A DNA stretch of 64,000 nt from the sequence record OR538032.1; one strand, written 5' to 3'. The notes under the pieces are model-generated. The model saw only the letters and a list, made by a program, of their open reading frames with translations. It did no database searches and was not told the DNA's origin. Numbering within the stretch: position 1 is the stretch's first letter; each line of letters opens with the position of its first letter. Below, piece after piece: positions 27,958 to 37,500 of the stretch. The position numbers were made by a program, and so were the translations under genes.

Positions 27958-28681
27958 AATCACAGCACAAATCGGTATGATGTCTCTTTGTGGTGTATCA
28001 GGTTCATTCCCATTCTCACACGGTAACTACTGTAGCAACACACAAGGCTATTACTTTGTCAATCTATGGGCAGAGAATCTTAAACATCTAGTAGCTAACG
28101 ATTACTTGCCTGACGGGCAAATCGAAGTGCTGCTGTTTAGAGACAATAAGCGCCAGAACTACGTTTATGCCTACGTTATTGACGAGCGTGTGCCGAAAGA
28201 AGCACTCCATGCGCCATACTTCTGCGGCATTGCGACCTCAGTTGAGATCATGCGCTATCATCATCAAACGCCAGACGATAAATGTCTATGCCATTCTGAA
28301 GACCACAGATTGCTTAGTATGCGTTCGCAAGACATGAAAGGTCGTTCAGTACGTCATTGCCCTGAGTGTGACACTCGCTACACGATTCAGCTACCGAGGC
28401 GCAACGATGTCTTCCGTGTTCAGACGTTCTCCGAGGATGGTTGGCACAAGTGGAATCTGTTCTATCACAAAGACGGTGTTTTCTACACGATTCCCGAAAA
28501 CGAGCCGGTAGCTGCCGAAGACATCATCAAGGTCGACGCGAAACCTGTCAGTAACTTCGGTACTGGCGAAGAACAGCAAGCGGCAATCTCGCTTGAAGAG
28601 TTCAACTTCAGCGGCGTTGTTGAGAAAGCTGTCCCGAAAATCGAGAATGGTCAGACTCGATATGAAGTTGTACAAAAATAG
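27944..28681 (+). CDS. Hypothetical Cys-rich protein
   Basis: CLCH...CPEC Zn-binding pattern. Confidence 0.7.
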   Translation: MKKTKITAQIGMMSLCGVSGSFPFSHGNYCSNTQGYYFVNLWAENLKHLVANDYLPDGQIEVLLFRDNKRQNYVYAYVIDERVPKEALHAPYFCGIATSVEIMRYHHQTPDDKCLCHSEDHRLLSMRSQDMKGRSVRHCPECDTRYTIQLPRRNDVFRVQTFSEDGWHKWNLFYHKDGVFYTIPENEPVAAEDIIKVDAKPVSNFGTGEEQQAAISLEEFNFSGVVEKAVPKIENGQTRYEVVQK

Positions 28682-28754
28682 TACAAAAATCGGCGTTCCT
28701 GCGGAGCTGAGTGTCTGGCGACACTGTATCAGCTCCTTGGGTATTGAGGTACTT

Positions 28755-29072
28755 ATGGTATTCACTGAAGAGCAGCTTGATCAAATCGAGCACAACTACT
28801 CGCATATTGATACTGTCAATCTTGCAGATAGAAAGGGCGTGCCACAAGCGAAGTATGTCATAGAGATACGACAAGGTACGTATACTAAGTTCAAAACATC
28901 TTGGTTAAGTCAAGATTCATGCGAAGAACGAGATATTGACCCAGAGCTAGTCGGCTACTGGATTCTATCTCACGAAATCGACCCTTATTGGTACTCAGTT
29001 CAAGAATGTTTGAAAGAGTATGAATGGGAACGAGCACACGAAGTAACAGTCACAACATGGGAAGCAATTTAA
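28755..29072 (+). CDS. Hypothetical protein
   Basis: RBS GAGG before ATG 28755 (alternative start 28662). Confidence 0.65.
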   Translation: MVFTEEQLDQIEHNYSHIDTVNLADRKGVPQAKYVIEIRQGTYTKFKTSWLSQDSCEERDIDPELVGYWILSHEIDPYWYSVQECLKEYEWERAHEVTVTTWEAI

Positions 29073-29446
29073 TGAGCACAAATTCAAGCATTAGCATTAC
29101 ACAAGAAAACGGTCACGTTCGTTCAATCTACTGTCACTGGGATGGTGGTATGTGGACGGGTGGCGTAGCTGAAACCCTGATCGAGAACTATCGCACCGAA
29201 GCTGAAGTCAATGCACTGATCGACCAAGGTGGCTGTAGCTCACTAGGCGGCACAATCGAAGATAGCGTTTTCTACGCACGTGACCGCGGCGAAGAACTTG
29301 AAATCTACATCGACAACATCCCAGAGCAAGAATACAACTACATGTTCCGCGACGGAAAGTGGTTTGTATGTTGCCCTGAAACAAATTGGGAAGATGTCGT
29401 TCTAACAAATGAACTTCGTGTTGAACTTGAAAACTGTGAAGAGTAG
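29072..29446 (+). CDS. Conserved-looking phage hypothetical protein
   Basis: MSTNSSI...SIYCHWDG, QEYNYMF motifs; TAATG coupling. Confidence 0.75.
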   Translation: MSTNSSISITQENGHVRSIYCHWDGGMWTGGVAETLIENYRTEAEVNALIDQGGCSSLGGTIEDSVFYARDRGEELEIYIDNIPEQEYNYMFRDGKWFVCCPETNWEDVVLTNELRVELENCEE

Positions 29447-29448
29447 TC

Positions 29449-29811
29449 ATGCCAGAATATAAACCCGCAGAAACAATCAAAGACCCTGCCGGTCGCGAAT
29501 ATCAGATCGGCGCGTATTATAAAGTGCGCTGCACTGACAATGGGCCGTTCGGTTATGGTGAAACTAAAATCGTCCCAATGACTGAAAATTTTGATTTTGC
29601 ATATCACGAAGTCGAAGAAGTCCACGGCGTGTTTGGTACAATTCGCAAGCCGCCACCGAAACTAATCGAAGGTAGAGCATATATGTTCTACATGCGCGAT
29701 TCTAACGAGCGTAGCGTGGGTATATGGGGCGGAATAGACAAAGGCTTTGTATGCGGTCCCGTTAATCTTAAAATGTCTCAAATCGACGCACAGACGCTCT
29801 CAGAGGTATAG
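29449..29811 (+). CDS. Hypothetical protein
   Basis: Operon position. Confidence 0.7.
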   Translation: MPEYKPAETIKDPAGREYQIGAYYKVRCTDNGPFGYGETKIVPMTENFDFAYHEVEEVHGVFGTIRKPPPKLIEGRAYMFYMRDSNERSVGIWGGIDKGFVCGPVNLKMSQIDAQTLSEV

Positions 29812-30090
29812 ATGAAAACTACGTTCTTTAATGCATCGGGAAATGAAATGACTTATCAATGGTTTCACATCCCGTTTGCTTATACTAAAGTGAATCTTGG
29901 TAACAAACAGCTTGTAATTGCTGAGGTATCACGCGGCGGTCGAAGTATCGCTTATGCATTACGAAACAATGAAACTGGTCGTATTGGTATGATTCGATTC
30001 ACAACGGTGCTTGAAGATCGTAAGCGTGGCAAATACTTCGAATACAAAGGCAATAAAGTGTTCTTGAAAGATGTCGGGGTTGTTCTATGA
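29812..30090 (+). CDS. Hypothetical protein
   Basis: RBS GAGG. Confidence 0.7.
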   Translation: MKTTFFNASGNEMTYQWFHIPFAYTKVNLGNKQLVIAEVSRGGRSIAYALRNNETGRIGMIRFTTVLEDRKRGKYFEYKGNKVFLKDVGVVL

Positions 30091-30266
30091 AATGTGAAAT
30101 CTGTGGACACCCTGACGGGTACAGTGACGGTGTTGGTATGATTCTGTGCAATGACTGCTACAGTGTAGCAAGAAAGCCATTAATCGGTTACACTGAAGAC
30201 AATCAGCCAGTTATCGTGCCACCGTCACTTGTAGACAAAATCAAAAAACTTTTCGAAAAGGGTTGA
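30087..30266 (+). CDS. Small Zn-finger protein, 59 aa
   Basis: CEIC...CNDC; its TGA stop lies within the next -35 box. Confidence 0.6.
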   Translation: MKCEICGHPDGYSDGVGMILCNDCYSVARKPLIGYTEDNQPVIVPPSLVDKIKKLFEKG

Positions 30267-30327
30267 CTTCGGTCAGCCCTTTCTTGTATTATTCTCATAT
30301 CGAAACGAAACACGAAAAGAGAACATT
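30255..30327 (+). promoter_or_regulatory. Fused terminator / early promoter
   Basis: AAAGGGTTGAC-TTCG-GTCAGCCCTTT; TATTAT at 30287. Confidence 0.8.
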
Positions 30328-30618
30328 ATGATTACACTATCTACTAACAAAGAACAACTAGCTATCTTCTGCGTACTTGATTCAGCACTTAGTGCTCCAA
30401 TCATGAACTTCGTTGAAACGAAGACAGTTCTAGACATGACTGTGTATCATCTTGTATTATCTCGCGAAGATGTTCTTGCACTAGCAAAAGCAGTTGAAGC
30501 AAGTGACTTTGATCACGAAGATGAGTTCGGTCTTATCTTTAACGAAACAATGTCAGAACTGCTTTTTGAAATCTACGAAGAAAACGACACAGAATCTGTT
30601 CACGGTATCGCACTATAA
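30328..30618 (+). CDS. Hypothetical acidic early protein
   Basis: Leader-driven ATG. Confidence 0.75.
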   Translation: MITLSTNKEQLAIFCVLDSALSAPIMNFVETKTVLDMTVYHLVLSREDVLALAKAVEASDFDHEDEFGLIFNETMSELLFEIYEENDTESVHGIAL

Positions 30619-30628
30619 GGAGCGCATT

Positions 30629-31081
30629 ATGATTTACTCATTATCACCTGTACTTTGGTCTTTTCAAGATGTTGAACGCGAAACAGGTCTTCGCATTTGG
30701 GAAGAAATGATCCCTAACGTCGAAGGTACTGGCATTCGTCTGTTTGCTGCGAAGTACAATCAATTTGTATTCGACGCTGTTCACCCTAAAGTACCGCTGT
30801 GCGATCACTTTAACGTACTGCCGCCTCTTGATGCAACAATCAACTTTCATAGCAATAGCTATACGATTGTTATCATCACTGAAGATTCATTCGATGTGCT
30901 CTTCTCAGAGCGTGCAAGCGAACGCACAATCGCAGACGTTGAACGTATCATTAATGATGCCGCAGAGAGTTGGAACGAACATCGTCTTTGTACTCACGAG
31001 CAGCGTTATACAATCGAGTGGTGCAGTGCTATTCAAGACTACATCATTAATACAGTCACGTTTGATCGCAAGTGGAGCTAA
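30629..31081 (+). CDS. Hypothetical protein
   Basis: RBS AAGGAG before ATG 30629. Confidence 0.7.
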   Translation: MIYSLSPVLWSFQDVERETGLRIWEEMIPNVEGTGIRLFAAKYNQFVFDAVHPKVPLCDHFNVLPPLDATINFHSNSYTIVIITEDSFDVLFSERASERTIADVERIINDAAESWNEHRLCTHEQRYTIEWCSAIQDYIINTVTFDRKWS

Positions 31082-31083
31082 TC

Positions 31084-31350
31084 ATGGAATACATGTCTTT
31101 CATTGCGTTTATTGGTTTTGTTGCATATGCAATATACATTCTAGTAAGAAAAGAACCTTGCAAGCACGACTGGATTACTATCAAAGACGAGACGACAAAA
31201 TCTCGCGGCGAAATATACGGCGAAATGACTGGCAAAGTTCCGTCACCTCGTAACTCGTATCACATGGAAGAGCTTACAAAGCGCAAACGTATCATAATTT
31301 TAAGCTGCTGCAAGTGCGGTAAGCTAGACAAAACAGTGGAGCATATCTAA
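31084..31350 (+). CDS. Membrane-anchored Cys-containing protein
   Basis: TM segment, CKHDW...CCKC. Confidence 0.65.
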   Translation: MEYMSFIAFIGFVAYAIYILVRKEPCKHDWITIKDETTKSRGEIYGEMTGKVPSPRNSYHMEELTKRKRIIILSCCKCGKLDKTVEHI

Positions 31351-31628
31351 TGCAGTACACACTTGATTTACTCAATGAAAAGCTTGAATCTCTCAAGTCA
31401 GAACAATTCGGTTGGGTTGTTGCATTACCTAAAAAACAAGGTGATGACATTGCAACTGTTCAGAAAATCATTACTGACATTGCAGTTCAGATTACATCAA
31501 TCGAGCACGATATTAAACTAATCGAAGCAGCACGCGGTCTAAATGCAAGAGTAGTTAAGCAAATCGTTGATGAGCATTACCGCGAACATTACAAACTTGA
31601 CGAAAACGACAACTTCATCGGAGATTAA
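31350..31628 (+). CDS. Coiled-coil hypothetical protein
   Basis: TAATG coupling. Confidence 0.65.
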   Translation: MQYTLDLLNEKLESLKSEQFGWVVALPKKQGDDIATVQKIITDIAVQITSIEHDIKLIEAARGLNARVVKQIVDEHYREHYKLDENDNFIGD

Positions 31629-31629
31629 C

Positions 31630-32454
31630 ATGGAAATTGAAATCGAGCGCAAATGGCTAGTTACTGCTGAACAGTATCGTGAATTCGTAAACTGGATGCA
31701 TTATCGCGATAACGGCGCCACTTCAATGAACATCTTTCAGCGTTATTTCAAGAAAGATGAGATCTCATTCGTCGATGGCTCGTTTTACATCAACAGTCGA
31801 GTGAAAGAAGGTCGCGGTTATTTGATTAAAGCACCGAAAGACTGTCCTGATCTAACTGGCGTGAATCTACGCAAGCTAGGTGCGCGTATGCGACTAACCA
31901 CGTCTGAGATCTTCTTTGACAAGCTTGAATTCACAATCAAGATCCCACACGGTGACGGCATTGCCAAGCGTGAAATCAACATCCCGCTTGAGTCTGGTTA
32001 TGCAGACTTGATCACAGATTCGATTGCGAAAGATGACAAGCTAAATCGCAATACAACCGAAGTCGTCCCGACGGGATTGATTAAAAAGGTTCGTTGGTCG
32101 GGTGAAGTTGACGACGTGCATTACGACGCTGACCGTTTCACGAATCGACCTTTTTACATCATCGAAGCTGAATTCAAAGATGAAGATGAAGCTGAATCAT
32201 TCGTTACACCGTTTGAGTTCATTCGCGAGGTGACAGAAGACAAGCGATTCAGCAACAAGCGAATGGCATGGAATCACGATGCCGCCGACGGGTTGGCTAG
32301 TAATATACGCCTGTATATCGAGAAGCTTGAGAAAGAAGCGAATGCATTGCGAAATGATACGCTAGTATCAATGCGCGAAAGCGTAACGAACGAAATCATG
32401 GCAGAACGTTACGAGAAAATTGCTCGTGATCTAAAACACATTGTAGGTGCGTAA
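31630..32454 (+). CDS. CYTH (triphosphate tunnel metalloenzyme) domain protein
   Basis: N-terminal EIERKWLV, RMR, EFTIK, KKVR, IIEAEF; RBS GGAG before ATG 31630. Confidence 0.8.
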   Translation: MEIEIERKWLVTAEQYREFVNWMHYRDNGATSMNIFQRYFKKDEISFVDGSFYINSRVKEGRGYLIKAPKDCPDLTGVNLRKLGARMRLTTSEIFFDKLEFTIKIPHGDGIAKREINIPLESGYADLITDSIAKDDKLNRNTTEVVPTGLIKKVRWSGEVDDVHYDADRFTNRPFYIIEAEFKDEDEAESFVTPFEFIREVTEDKRFSNKRMAWNHDAADGLASNIRLYIEKLEKEANALRNDTLVSMRESVTNEIMAERYEKIARDLKHIVGA

Positions 32455-32936
32455 TGAAAGTATATGCAATTCACATTAACAACTTAACAACTGGTATGAT
32501 GTGCGGGTCACCACTCGCACAAGGTTGTTTCAATCTAATCGTTGACCGTCTACCGAGAGAAGCAGTGTATGAACGTCACGGTCGCTTTCTGATTAGCAAC
32601 ACAGACGGCGTTTGGCGTCACTTTACAATCGGCGAACAAGGCGGATTTGCAGGTCGTACGTTCAAACTACGCATGAAGGGTGGTACTGTATTCAAGAACA
32701 AAGGCTATCATTATGAAGAATTCAAAGGTAATCTGTGGGATACTGCTGCTGGATTGCAAAAGTGCATGGAACTTGCTGGCGGTCCCTTGATGAGTGTTTC
32801 ACTGCGACCACATCACGAAAACGGCTGTTTCATTGGCGGGTATTACTTCAGTCAAGAAGAAATTCTCTTGAAGTTTAGCCACTTGATTCGTTTCGCACCC
32901 GCGACTCAAAACAGCGCGATTACATTCGGTGAGTAA
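32454..32936 (+). CDS. Hypothetical protein
   Basis: TAATG coupling. Confidence 0.7.
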   Translation: MKVYAIHINNLTTGMMCGSPLAQGCFNLIVDRLPREAVYERHGRFLISNTDGVWRHFTIGEQGGFAGRTFKLRMKGGTVFKNKGYHYEEFKGNLWDTAAGLQKCMELAGGPLMSVSLRPHHENGCFIGGYYFSQEEILLKFSHLIRFAPATQNSAITFGE

Positions 32937-32938
32937 AA

Positions 32939-33571
32939 ATGAAGATCAATAAATTTCAAGTAGACGGCAAGCCATTCTTGATGATTGATGACTTTCTACC
33001 TAGCGAAGTCGTTGATGAAATCGAGAACACGTTAAAATCAATTAACGATTGGGATCACGCCGACAACATCTTTGACTTCAATACGATTGTCAAAGACAAA
33101 ACCGCGATACTGCAAGGTGACCAATATCGTTTGCGAACTGGTGTGCTGGCTGAACTTGCTGAATCGACGCTTGACCGAATTCTTGAAATACTCGAAACTG
33201 AATTCGGATGCAAGTATGACAAGTCAGAACTTCGCAAAATAAACGAATGGGAATATGCGTTTCGTTTCAACACGTCATATTATGAAAAAGTAAACGATGA
33301 AATGCTGTTCCATTATGATAGCAAAGGCGTAACATTCATGTATATGCCGTGTGAACAGCATGACGACGGTACGTATTTTTTCTCTGACGGTGATCGTGAC
33401 AAGCACGTATACACACTGAAACATAAGCGCGGGTCGGTTGCGATATTCAATGCAAGCGATATTATGCATTGTAGCGCAAAACCGTCACCGTTAGATGAGT
33501 ATCGCTATACAATCGTTTGGCAGTTTGTGTTCCCACCTCATCTTAAACCAATCAGAGAAGTAATCGCATGA
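32939..33571 (+). CDS. 2OG-Fe(II) oxygenase
   Basis: IDDFL start, H-Y-D(FHYDS)...H(MHCS)...R(YRYTIV) pattern. Confidence 0.75.
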   Translation: MKINKFQVDGKPFLMIDDFLPSEVVDEIENTLKSINDWDHADNIFDFNTIVKDKTAILQGDQYRLRTGVLAELAESTLDRILEILETEFGCKYDKSELRKINEWEYAFRFNTSYYEKVNDEMLFHYDSKGVTFMYMPCEQHDDGTYFFSDGDRDKHVYTLKHKRGSVAIFNASDIMHCSAKPSPLDEYRYTIVWQFVFPPHLKPIREVIA

Positions 33572-34098
33572 ACAGTCACAGAGCAGAGATCATTCAATTA
33601 AAACGCCGCGTTTCTACGCTAGAAGAAATGGTGAAAACTCTCATGAACCGTGACGTTACACCCCGTAACGTTTTTGAAGATGAAGAAGACGAGCACATTT
33701 CATTGCATCCCGTCGATGACACGTTCGATATGTTCCGAATCAAGCGTGAGCTATTGCAAGCAATGTCTCAACAGTCGGTGCGTTATCTCGATATTACGTT
33801 CGAGAATTACCCGAACGTAGCGCGACACAAAGTGTATCAGAATCATCTAATGCAAGATGTCGGTATGTTAGATGCAGATCGCAAGAAACTTGCAAAGACT
33901 CGTTACATGATTGCCGATGAAATGTCAGTTGGTGATGAGTTTGAATGCCCTGGGTGTGGTGAGAAAGTCATCAAGAAATCTTATCAACATCGTTTCTGCG
34001 GCGTGAAGAAACAAGGTCAGAGCAATTGCAAAGACTTTATCAACAATTGGTTTAACCCTAGTCGATTAGAACGCACACTTGAATGGCTTGAAAAATGA
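33568..34098 (+). CDS. Hypothetical protein with C-terminal Zn finger
   Basis: CPGC...FCG...C. Confidence 0.7.
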   Translation: MNSHRAEIIQLKRRVSTLEEMVKTLMNRDVTPRNVFEDEEDEHISLHPVDDTFDMFRIKRELLQAMSQQSVRYLDITFENYPNVARHKVYQNHLMQDVGMLDADRKKLAKTRYMIADEMSVGDEFECPGCGEKVIKKSYQHRFCGVKKQGQSNCKDFINNWFNPSRLERTLEWLEK

Positions 34099-34343
34099 AG
34101 ATAAGAATAGTAAGATTCGAAGACGGTACGGGAAAATCACTGTATCGCATACAGTTCAAGAATTGGTATTGGCCATTCTGGACATTTTACAAACGCATGA
34201 ATGAAGCGGGAAGTGAAGGCATTGTTGAGTGTGAGACTATTGAAGGTGCAATTGAGTGTCTTCAATGCGACGCTCAACGAGAACTATACAAACAACGCGA
34301 GTTCAAAGAAGTTGTAGGAATTTATGATGATCAAATCCGTTAA
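34095..34343 (+). CDS. Hypothetical protein
   Basis: ATGA coupling. Confidence 0.65.
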   Translation: MKIRIVRFEDGTGKSLYRIQFKNWYWPFWTFYKRMNEAGSEGIVECETIEGAIECLQCDAQRELYKQREFKEVVGIYDDQIR

Positions 34344-34677
34344 AGCTTTATTCAGTAAACGCAAATGGAATGTGGTAGGTCGTTCTGAAAATCTCGATTT
34401 ATGGACGGTGACTGATCGTAGACCAAAGGTGAAGTGCCGATTGCTACTGAAAGAAGATCAGTTTGGCAATCGTGACTATGAACTTGACATGCTCGACGAT
34501 ACAAAATCAAATTACAACTCTCATACTCGATACTTGATGATTGATCAAATCATACCGAGAGAATACATTCAAAAGTTCTTGAAAGGTTGGTCAGTAGACA
34601 AAATCAACCGCATTTACGGGAAGACTGTCTTTACCATTGAGAAAACGCCATACGAGTCTTTCAAAGACTGGCGTTAA
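34324..34677 (+). CDS. Hypothetical protein
   Basis: Operon end, precedes terminator. Confidence 0.65.
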   Translation: MMIKSVKALFSKRKWNVVGRSENLDLWTVTDRRPKVKCRLLLKEDQFGNRDYELDMLDDTKSNYNSHTRYLMIDQIIPREYIQKFLKGWSVDKINRIYGKTVFTIEKTPYESFKDWR

Positions 34678-34681
34678 TAAA

Positions 34682-34704
34682 AGCCCCTTAATTGGGGCTT
34701 TTTT
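34682..34704 (+). terminator. Intrinsic terminator (copy 2 of 3 identical)
   Basis: AGCCCC-TTAATT-GGGGCTTTTTT. Confidence 0.8.
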
Positions 34705-34724
34705 AGGTTTGATGAAAATAATTG

Positions 34725-34798
34725 AAAAAAGTTATTGACGAGTGTTTAGAATTTGCCTAATATGTGTCTATCGAAACGAAACAGCGAAAGAGAAAATT
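34725..34798 (+). promoter_or_regulatory. Early promoter and leader
   Basis: TTGACG...CCTAATAT...ATCGAAACGA...AGAGAAAATTATG. Confidence 0.75.
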
Positions 34799-35128
34799 AT
34801 GACTACAATCACATTTACGAGCGACACTCACTTCGGTCACGCTTCTGTATCATCAAATGATTTAGTGACTAAGCTGTTCAAAGAGATTCTTCGCAAGAAT
34901 AACATTAGTTATCGCAAATTGTACCGCGAGAAACGCACGTCAGCGCATCGTAGCAACATTGACGGTAAGAGCGTACGATTCGTCGGGATTAGTCATACAA
35001 TCGCTGAGAAGCGCATACAAGACGTTTTAAACGAGTTCAACGCTATCATGCCAGATACTTACGTGGCTGAGTACAACAAGCCATGGTCTCGTTATGCATG
35101 TGCATCATTTCAAATTTTTAAGAAGTAG
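34799..35128 (+). CDS. Basic hypothetical protein with orphan metallophosphoesterase motif I
   Basis: FTSDTHFGH at N-terminus, no other calcineurin-like motifs. Confidence 0.7.
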   Translation: MTTITFTSDTHFGHASVSSNDLVTKLFKEILRKNNISYRKLYREKRTSAHRSNIDGKSVRFVGISHTIAEKRIQDVLNEFNAIMPDTYVAEYNKPWSRYACASFQIFKK

Positions 35129-35131
35129 ATT

Positions 35132-35479
35132 ATGATTAAAAAAGACGTTAGTCGCCTCACGGTAGGCGACATCAATTACGACACCGATTGGACGAGTACT
35201 ATCATCTTAGATGAAGGCGTCTACAAACTTTCAGGTGTTCAAAAAGACGGTGAGAAACTGCCTGACTTTGAGCACGAAGAACTTGAACACGTGATCGCGG
35301 TTGTTAATCAATCAATCGCTGATAGAACAAGCGGATCATTCATGCGACAGTTCAATCGTCACATTGTCATTGAATCGACAAACAGCTTGCTGCATGTTCG
35401 CTTAGGTTACGGTTCGTATGATAGTAAATCACCAATGCATTACTTGCACGAGATTAAAATCGAGGTTAAAAATGACTAA
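35132..35479 (+). CDS. Hypothetical protein
   Basis: Operon position. Confidence 0.7.
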   Translation: MIKKDVSRLTVGDINYDTDWTSTIILDEGVYKLSGVQKDGEKLPDFEHEELEHVIAVVNQSIADRTSGSFMRQFNRHIVIESTNSLLHVRLGYGSYDSKSPMHYLHEIKIEVKND

Positions 35480-35906
35480 AGGTTGGTCAGATTACGAGCT
35501 TGAAGGTCGCTCAAAACAAGAACCTGTTCGACACAAGATGCAAGATTCAGTCGATGAAATGTGTCGTATTATGCGAGACGAGCATGATCGTTTCAGCGTC
35601 TCGACTCACACGGTTGATTTCGACAATGGGATTGAGTTATGGCGCAGCGATATGACTTGCATTTGGACTGGTAGAACTACTCAAAAGGTATTCACGTGGG
35701 AGCAAGCAAAACAGCTTCGTGATGCATATGACGACGGTATGCAGACTAAGAAGACTAAAGCACAAGAAGAAATCGAACGCAAATTCTTGCGCAAAAAACA
35801 ACGTCCTCAAGAGGCAGTAGCTGAGAAAAATAGTGATCGTGGCATTGGCGTTGAAATGGTTGGGATTAAGAAGTCAGATAAACGCTGGTGGGAGTTTTGG
35901 AAATGA
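35472..35906 (+). CDS. Hypothetical protein
   Basis: RBS GAGG before ATG 35472; C-terminus KRWWEFWK. Confidence 0.7.
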   Translation: MTKGWSDYELEGRSKQEPVRHKMQDSVDEMCRIMRDEHDRFSVSTHTVDFDNGIELWRSDMTCIWTGRTTQKVFTWEQAKQLRDAYDDGMQTKKTKAQEEIERKFLRKKQRPQEAVAEKNSDRGIGVEMVGIKKSDKRWWEFWK

Positions 35907-36367
35907 AATCACAAGAAGAATTTGCACGCCAAGCAATGCGCGTAAGAGCAGCCGTTGGCTTGTTTGATACAGACATTAGCTTCCAAGAAGCATTAAACGA
36001 TGATTTGTCTCATCGTGGTCAGCGTGTCATGTCTGCGTTGCCAGACAACATTCAGTTCATGTGGCAGAAACGCGACGAAATGAACGAAAAGATTTTAGCT
36101 GAAATCAGTTGTATCCAAAAACGCATTGACAAAACGCTATGCGAAATCAACGACCCGTTATATGCAATCGGCAAATACGTAGCGAAGAAATCAGGCAAGC
36201 CGTTTAAAGGTGGCGAAGATATTGTCAAAGTGACGGGTATTACAAGACACCCTCACGTCGATGGGTATGCGTTTACTTACAACTACTCAGAAGAAGACGG
36301 TACACTGGCACAATCATACATTCACACAGCTATGGTAATTATCAACTATTCTAGTTTGAAATTATGA
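35903..36367 (+). CDS. Hypothetical protein
   Basis: ATGA coupling; RBS GGGAG. Confidence 0.7.
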   Translation: MKSQEEFARQAMRVRAAVGLFDTDISFQEALNDDLSHRGQRVMSALPDNIQFMWQKRDEMNEKILAEISCIQKRIDKTLCEINDPLYAIGKYVAKKSGKPFKGGEDIVKVTGITRHPHVDGYAFTYNYSEEDGTLAQSYIHTAMVIINYSSLKL

Positions 36368-36834
36368 TCATTTATGAAAACGGGATCCCCGTCAAGACTC
36401 ACGAACATCAACCAGAGAGTAAAACAATGTTAGAAAAAGTAAACGAATTTGTAAAAGCAAAGCCACTTGTATCACTTGCACTTGCCGTTGCAATCGGTGT
36501 AATTGGTACTAAAGTGATTCAATCTGATCCACTTGCTGAAAAACCGCTATTGAAATACCGCGTCGTGTACGAATACAACAAAGATTACGGTCGTGATTGT
36601 GGTGATTTAGGCGACGGTTACTACTGGTACACGCAAGAACTCAACGAAGGCATCATCTTCGATAACTGGAAGCCAAGTGGCTGGTGTTCAGAAACTGAAT
36701 CAGGTGCGCGTGAGTTGGCAGAAAGCGCGATTAAAAAGCGCATCGAAACTGAAAACTCGAAAGCGCGTGTATATCAAGCATGGGCAACTAAGGAAGACTC
36801 GGTTCGTTTCGAGCCTCTAAAGGTGAATGAATGA
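36364..36834 (+). CDS. Membrane-anchored protein
   Basis: TM segment PLVSLALAVAIGVIG; two Cys. Confidence 0.7.
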   Translation: MIIYENGIPVKTHEHQPESKTMLEKVNEFVKAKPLVSLALAVAIGVIGTKVIQSDPLAEKPLLKYRVVYEYNKDYGRDCGDLGDGYYWYTQELNEGIIFDNWKPSGWCSETESGARELAESAIKKRIETENSKARVYQAWATKEDSVRFEPLKVNE

Positions 36835-37160
36835 TCTCACTAGGTACATTGATTGCACTGTTCGCAGTGCATTTCATTGCAGATTTCTTCGTACAAACTG
36901 AACATCAAGCAATGAACAAGAGCAAATACATATGGCCATTAGCTAGACACTGCCTAACATACGCACTGTGCTTCTTGCCATTTGGTATTATGTTCGCAAT
37001 CGTAACTGGTATACTGCACATGGTTGTCGATTACATGACTTCAAGAATGACAAGCTCACTTTGGGCGAAAGGTGAAACTCGTAAATTCTTCCAAGTCATC
37101 GGGTTCGATCAGTTCTTACATGCAGTTAGTTTAGTAACGATGTACGTAATTTTGAATTAA
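36831..37160 (+). CDS. DUF3307-like membrane protein
   Basis: HFIADFFVQT, LARH, HMVVDY, GFDQFLH. Confidence 0.75.
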   Translation: MISLGTLIALFAVHFIADFFVQTEHQAMNKSKYIWPLARHCLTYALCFLPFGIMFAIVTGILHMVVDYMTSRMTSSLWAKGETRKFFQVIGFDQFLHAVSLVTMYVILN

Positions 37161-37165
37161 TTAAA

Positions 37166-37242
37166 GAAAAGTGGTTGCTCTATGCAGCCACTTTCTGTAT
37201 TATAGCTACATCAAGTGACGAGTTAAACAAAAAGAGAACATT
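37166..37242 (+). promoter_or_regulatory. Fused terminator / early promoter
   Basis: AAAGTGGTTGC-TCTAT-GCAGCCACTTT; TTGCTC-17-TATTAT. Confidence 0.8.
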
Positions 37243-37491
37243 ATGAAAATCAATCTTCGCAAACTTCTAATGTGGTGGGACGAAAACGAACAAGCTGCTG
37301 ACGAGTTCACGAACTTCGTGCTTGAGTATGCAATGAAAGCTGGTAGTGACAACTTCATTTCAGATTATGCAACGTATCTTCGTGATTCTGGCAAGTACAC
37401 TGTGCCAAATCTAGCTGACTTAGAATCTCTTCTTCGCCATGCGGGATTGAAATCTGAGTTTGATGGTCGTCACACTCGAATCGTTCTATAA
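37243..37491 (+). CDS. Hypothetical early protein
   Basis: Leader-driven ATG. Confidence 0.75.
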   Translation: MKINLRKLLMWWDENEQAADEFTNFVLEYAMKAGSDNFISDYATYLRDSGKYTVPNLADLESLLRHAGLKSEFDGRHTRIVL

Positions 37492-37500
37492 GAGGTCAAT

